A stretch of 39,235 nt of DNA, taken from positions 1-39,235 of IMG/VR virus record IMGVR_UViG_3300037483_000224. One strand, 5' to 3'. Positions 36,191 through 39,235 of the stretch are shown here, piece after piece (positions within the stretch are counted from its first letter, which is position 1; the number at the start of each line of letters is the position of its first letter). The notes below the pieces were generated by a model. The model saw only the letters and a list, made by a program, of their open reading frames with translations. It searched no databases and had not been told where the DNA came from. The position numbers and the translations under genes are program-made. Source of the DNA: a virus. Taxonomy: Duplodnaviria > Caudoviricetes.

Positions 36191-36582
36191 TTCTTCTCCC
36201 AAAAGTTTTTAAGCGCGACGTTCGCAATTCGCTGCGTGGCTCGCTCTACTTCGTCTTGAATTGCCATTTCGTGCACGTTGTAGCCGTTGCGCAGCCTAAG
36301 AGCCGTGTCCCAAAGATATTGCGTGATGCAGTGGCAGAGCTCGTGGACTATGGCTTCCTCTTGCGCTTGCTTCGATTTTTTAAAGAACGCCGGGTAGACC
36401 CGAATCAAGGCGTTCAGGTAAACCACGTCGGGCGAAATGTCGGCTAGGGTATTGTAGCCTTCTTTGTTGGAGCAGTTTTCTGTGGGGTACTCTAAGTTAA
36501 AGTACCACTCGCTCAGGAATAGGCGCGGCCGCCACTTGTCGATGAGCCGCTGAATTTCTTTTCTCTCTTTAGGTGTTGGCAT
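36187..36582 (-). CDS. Zincin-like HExxH metalloprotein
   Basis: EEAIVHELCH…DEVE. ATG 36582 has an AAGGAG RBS. Confidence 0.75.
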   Translation of the reverse strand: MPTPKERKEIQRLIDKWRPRLFLSEWYFNLEYPTENCSNKEGYNTLADISPDVVYLNALIRVYPAFFKKSKQAQEEAIVHELCHCITQYLWDTALRLRNGYNVHEMAIQDEVERATQRIANVALKNFWEKK

Positions 36583-36668
36583 CACTTTACTCCTTTGATG
36601 ATAAGAACCGACAAAATCCCTACGGCGACTCCGAAACAAAAAATCGAAAATCCAAGTAATAAGCTCAT
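36582..36668 (-). CDS. 28-aa single-TM mini-protein (not in ORF track)
   Basis: MSLLLGFSIFCFGVAVGILSVLIIKGVK. RBS AGGAG, ATGA overlap upstream and TGATG overlap downstream. Confidence 0.7.
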   Translation of the reverse strand: MSLLLGFSIFCFGVAVGILSVLIIKGVK

Positions 36669-37021
36669 GGTAATTCTCCTATGTCTAAAAATTGCGTTTC
36701 GTTCACTACTATCACCTGCATTCCGGCAACGGTAGTAACGGTGCCTCCACCGGTTCGGAGCTCATCCCCAAGTTGCGTGAGGAGCGTGCGACAAATAAGT
36801 ACCGCGTCGCTTTGCTTTCCCTCATTGAGTCGCGAAGCGCGAATCGCTTCTATGCGCTGGAGTACGGAAATTTCCCGATCCACCACTGGCGGTAGGCGAT
36901 TGATGATGAGCTCTCGCGGTGCTCGGATTAAGATGCGAGCCCACTTCTTTGTGATTATTTCAATGTCTGCGCCGATCTTGACGCGCTCCTCGGGTCTAAG
37001 GGTAAGAACTAAGTGGCCCAT
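36665..37021 (-). CDS. CsrA-like domain fused to a C-terminal domain
   Basis: MGHLVLTLRPEERVKIGADIEI…RILIRAPRELIINR resembles CsrA (MLILTR..GE…IG…RIG..AP….R). Start at 37021 (AAGGAG RBS, TAATG overlap). Confidence 0.65.
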   Translation of the reverse strand: MGHLVLTLRPEERVKIGADIEIITKKWARILIRAPRELIINRLPPVVDREISVLQRIEAIRASRLNEGKQSDAVLICRTLLTQLGDELRTGGGTVTTVAGMQVIVVNETQFLDIGELP

Positions 37022-37221
37022 TATTGTTTCTCCTTTGGTACGAATCCTAGGCATACAGGTTGAAGTGCTTTGAAAGTTGAGCCGCACGATGTTGCGAATC
37101 CGCGTTTAGCGTGCTCCTCGGCGAATTTTTGAGCATCTTCGCGACTGTCTGCGCGTACTATGACGTGCAAGGTATCCACTTTTTCGACAACGACCGCATA
37201 TTCTTGTGTGTACTTTTTCAT
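37021..37221 (-). CDS. Small hypothetical protein (DpnD/PcfM-like pattern)
   Basis: YAVVVE…VIVRADSREDA. Coupled to the primase stop (TAATG). Confidence 0.65.
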   Translation of the reverse strand: MKKYTQEYAVVVEKVDTLHVIVRADSREDAQKFAEEHAKRGFATSCGSTFKALQPVCLGFVPKEKQ

Positions 37222-39235
37222 TAGTAATCCCCGCTTCCTATGTGACAGATGATTCCGGTAAGGGCTCGTGCGCGAACACGCTCGCCATCTTCGCGAATGT
37301 AGGCTCGGCTCGCACGCTTCTGGTAATCAGGAATCAGCGTGCGAAGTCGCCGGTCAAAGATCGCTTTCTTAATCACGTCGCGCCGGTCGATTCCAGAATC
37401 TTCGCAGAATCCCGCATAGGACCGGTACAGGTCGCGCACGGTGGAAAACTTTGTGCTGGCGAGATCTTCGACGTCTACTTCGCTTTTGTACCAATCGAGG
37501 AGCGAGTCGGCCATTTGTTCGTACTCCATGAGATCCTCATCCTTTTGGAGTTGCTTTGCGAAGCAGCCACGCTTTTTGAGCTCGTGATAGGCGGTCAGCA
37601 TCATGTTGAAAATACCGGGGAGCTCTTTCGCCATCTTGTCTTGGATGTGCACGTCCACGTTGTTGTTCTCGGCGGAGAATGTTTGGTTAAATGGCACGAT
37701 GAGGAATCTTCGGAAGAAACCCCTGGAGGCATCAGTTGTGGAGGGTAGCGCGTTACAGGAAAAGATTAGCTTCGCTCGGTTACGCATGGGATACGAATTC
37801 TTATAGAGCTTGCGCACGTTGAGTTCGCCGCCTGACACCAGGTTTTTGAATGTCGTGGTATCCATGAACTTGTTAGGAGTCTCCTCAGTGATATTGAACA
37901 GAGTTCCGTCCAAGGCGGATCGGCGATCGATAGAATTGATTTCGGAAAAGCTCAGTGTTTGGTACGAACCGCGACCCGCGACTTTCTTTAGGATATCGAT
38001 GAATGTCGATTTACCGTTCGATCCCTCGCCTTCGAGTACCAGGGCCTTGGCATATTTGCACTCATCGCCGGATAGGGAATAGCCGCCGAATTCTAGTAGC
38101 GTTTTGATTAGGATCTCTTTCCCGCCAGTTACTTCGTGGAGGAACTTGGTGAACACCGGGGCCTTGGCCTTTGGATCGTAGTCATACGGTAGGGTATACT
38201 TGAACCAGTTGTCGGGCTCGTGTGGGCCGAACTTTCCGGTTTTTAGATCCAGCACGCCGTTTTTGAAGTTCACCTTGCATACAGAATTTTCGGCCATCTC
38301 TTTAGGGTCCACGAGATTCCAGCGGTGGACTAGCTTTCTAAACTCCTCGGCGGATTCGGATTTCACGAAAGGGTCAAAATGCCGCTGCGCGAAATTCTCG
38401 AGCTCGGAATTCCCGATCTCTTCCCAATGGGTCGTTTTCCACGTCCAGCAAAATTTGTCGTGGGATACGAACTTGTGCGATCGCTGGAAGAAGGTGAGGA
38501 GATCCTCGAAGTTGGGCTTTCCGATCTTCATGCGGCCGGTTTCAGGGTCGAACACTATATTATGAAAGCCGGTGGCCTCGGTTTTGATGGTTTCCGCCGA
38601 CCGAAGCATGATCGGTGAGTTCAACTTCTGGAAGTTCGGGCACGCGTGGCACTTGCCCCATACCTGATTGATCGAGGCGCAGGTGCGCGGGCCGGAAGCC
38701 GTGAGCGCCTGGTTGATCTTCAGATCCGTTTCGTTGGGGGAGTAGGACTTGTGCCCTTTTGAAATTTCGTGCGAGAGTTTGTGGCCTTCTTCCATCCTGG
38801 CGGTGATCGAGAGGAGCGCGTACCACTGCGGCTCCTGGATCTTGTCGGGGTTCTCACGACTAAACTTGAGGAAGTTGCAGCCGTTTAGAACCGCTTCGTT
38901 TTCCACCTTTGGAAAGCGTTTGAAGTATTCCTTGTCGATCTGCTCCTCGGGTTTGATTGTTGGGAGCCCGCTCGCGAGCGATATGTCGAAATTGATCGGA
39001 ACGATTTTCCCTTGAATGAGAGTACACGGAACGTCAGCTCCCAGGTGGGGCTTGCGGTTCACGGTGCCAGGAAGGCGCATGAGGCGGCGAGCATCGAATA
39101 CGCTCGGGTCAGTTTCGTGGGGGAGTCCTTTCTCTTTAAAGGCCCGCTCAAGCTGATGCAGAATCGCTTTATAGTGGTCACGGAAATTCTTATAGAATTC
39201 CTTGTCCACGATCGGCGTAAAGAGCCCTATATAGA
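37221..39235 (-). CDS. Primase-helicase (AEP/RepB-like primase + PriCT + D5/P4-type SF3 helicase), 5'-truncated
   Basis: DARRLMRLPGTVNRK; Cys-rich PriCT-like region (PRTC…CHAC); NFKNGVLDL (D5_N); GEGSNGKST; FSCN; RRFLIVPF. Frame is open to the window end. Confidence 0.92.
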   Translation of the reverse strand, partial: YIGLFTPIVDKEFYKNFRDHYKAILHQLERAFKEKGLPHETDPSVFDARRLMRLPGTVNRKPHLGADVPCTLIQGKIVPINFDISLASGLPTIKPEEQIDKEYFKRFPKVENEAVLNGCNFLKFSRENPDKIQEPQWYALLSITARMEEGHKLSHEISKGHKSYSPNETDLKINQALTASGPRTCASINQVWGKCHACPNFQKLNSPIMLRSAETIKTEATGFHNIVFDPETGRMKIGKPNFEDLLTFFQRSHKFVSHDKFCWTWKTTHWEEIGNSELENFAQRHFDPFVKSESAEEFRKLVHRWNLVDPKEMAENSVCKVNFKNGVLDLKTGKFGPHEPDNWFKYTLPYDYDPKAKAPVFTKFLHEVTGGKEILIKTLLEFGGYSLSGDECKYAKALVLEGEGSNGKSTFIDILKKVAGRGSYQTLSFSEINSIDRRSALDGTLFNITEETPNKFMDTTTFKNLVSGGELNVRKLYKNSYPMRNRAKLIFSCNALPSTTDASRGFFRRFLIVPFNQTFSAENNNVDVHIQDKMAKELPGIFNMMLTAYHELKKRGCFAKQLQKDEDLMEYEQMADSLLDWYKSEVDVEDLASTKFSTVRDLYRSYAGFCEDSGIDRRDVIKKAIFDRRLRTLIPDYQKRASRAYIREDGERVRARALTGIICHIGSGDY

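Larger units (their letters stand above)
1..39235. mobile_element. Tailed dsDNA bacteriophage genome with contractile tail, incomplete at both ends
   Basis: Complete ordered morphogenesis module (terminase, portal, capsid, sheath, tube, TMP, baseplate) plus phage-type replication genes. No host housekeeping genes and no integrase in the window. Confidence 0.97.

Noticed and set aside
1-39235. Specific host or lifestyle assignment; DGR or invertible fibre cassette
   Set aside because: Nothing in the window names a host beyond a likely diderm envelope. The missing segment could hold an integrase. No reverse transcriptase, invertase or TR/VR pair was seen.

Overview
This window holds most of a tailed dsDNA phage genome with a contractile tail (myovirus-type), in two convergent arms. 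The + arm (1-6988) encodes replication genes: SNF2-type helicase (5'-truncated), HNH nuclease, small Zn-binding proteins, a putative SSB, a DEDDh exonuclease, a family A DNA polymerase and a VRR-NUC-like nuclease. The - arm (39235 to 6975) starts with a primase-SF3 helicase (5'-truncated), small accessory genes (CsrA-like, HExxH protein, a 28-aa membrane peptide) and an iteron-rich non-coding region. It continues with terS, terL, an endonuclease VII-type gene, portal, MuF, scaffold, major capsid, neck, sheath, tube, a frameshifting tail chaperone, tape measure, baseplate, fibres and a six-gene lysis/membrane cassette. No integrase, tRNA or CRISPR array is seen. The most unusual signal is three unrelated basic proteins in the head/neck module that share a terminal 12-residue motif, F-x-[KR]-x-x-G-[RK]-[IV]-[VI]-P-I-R, encoded with divergent codons. 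This is a candidate virion-loading tag for internal or ejected proteins. Other notable items are a fibre-like protein with a clear Sec signal peptide, a possible defensin-like CxxxC/CxC peptide, and an insertion in the polymerase fingers. All family assignments come from motif recognition and gene order; no database searches were run.
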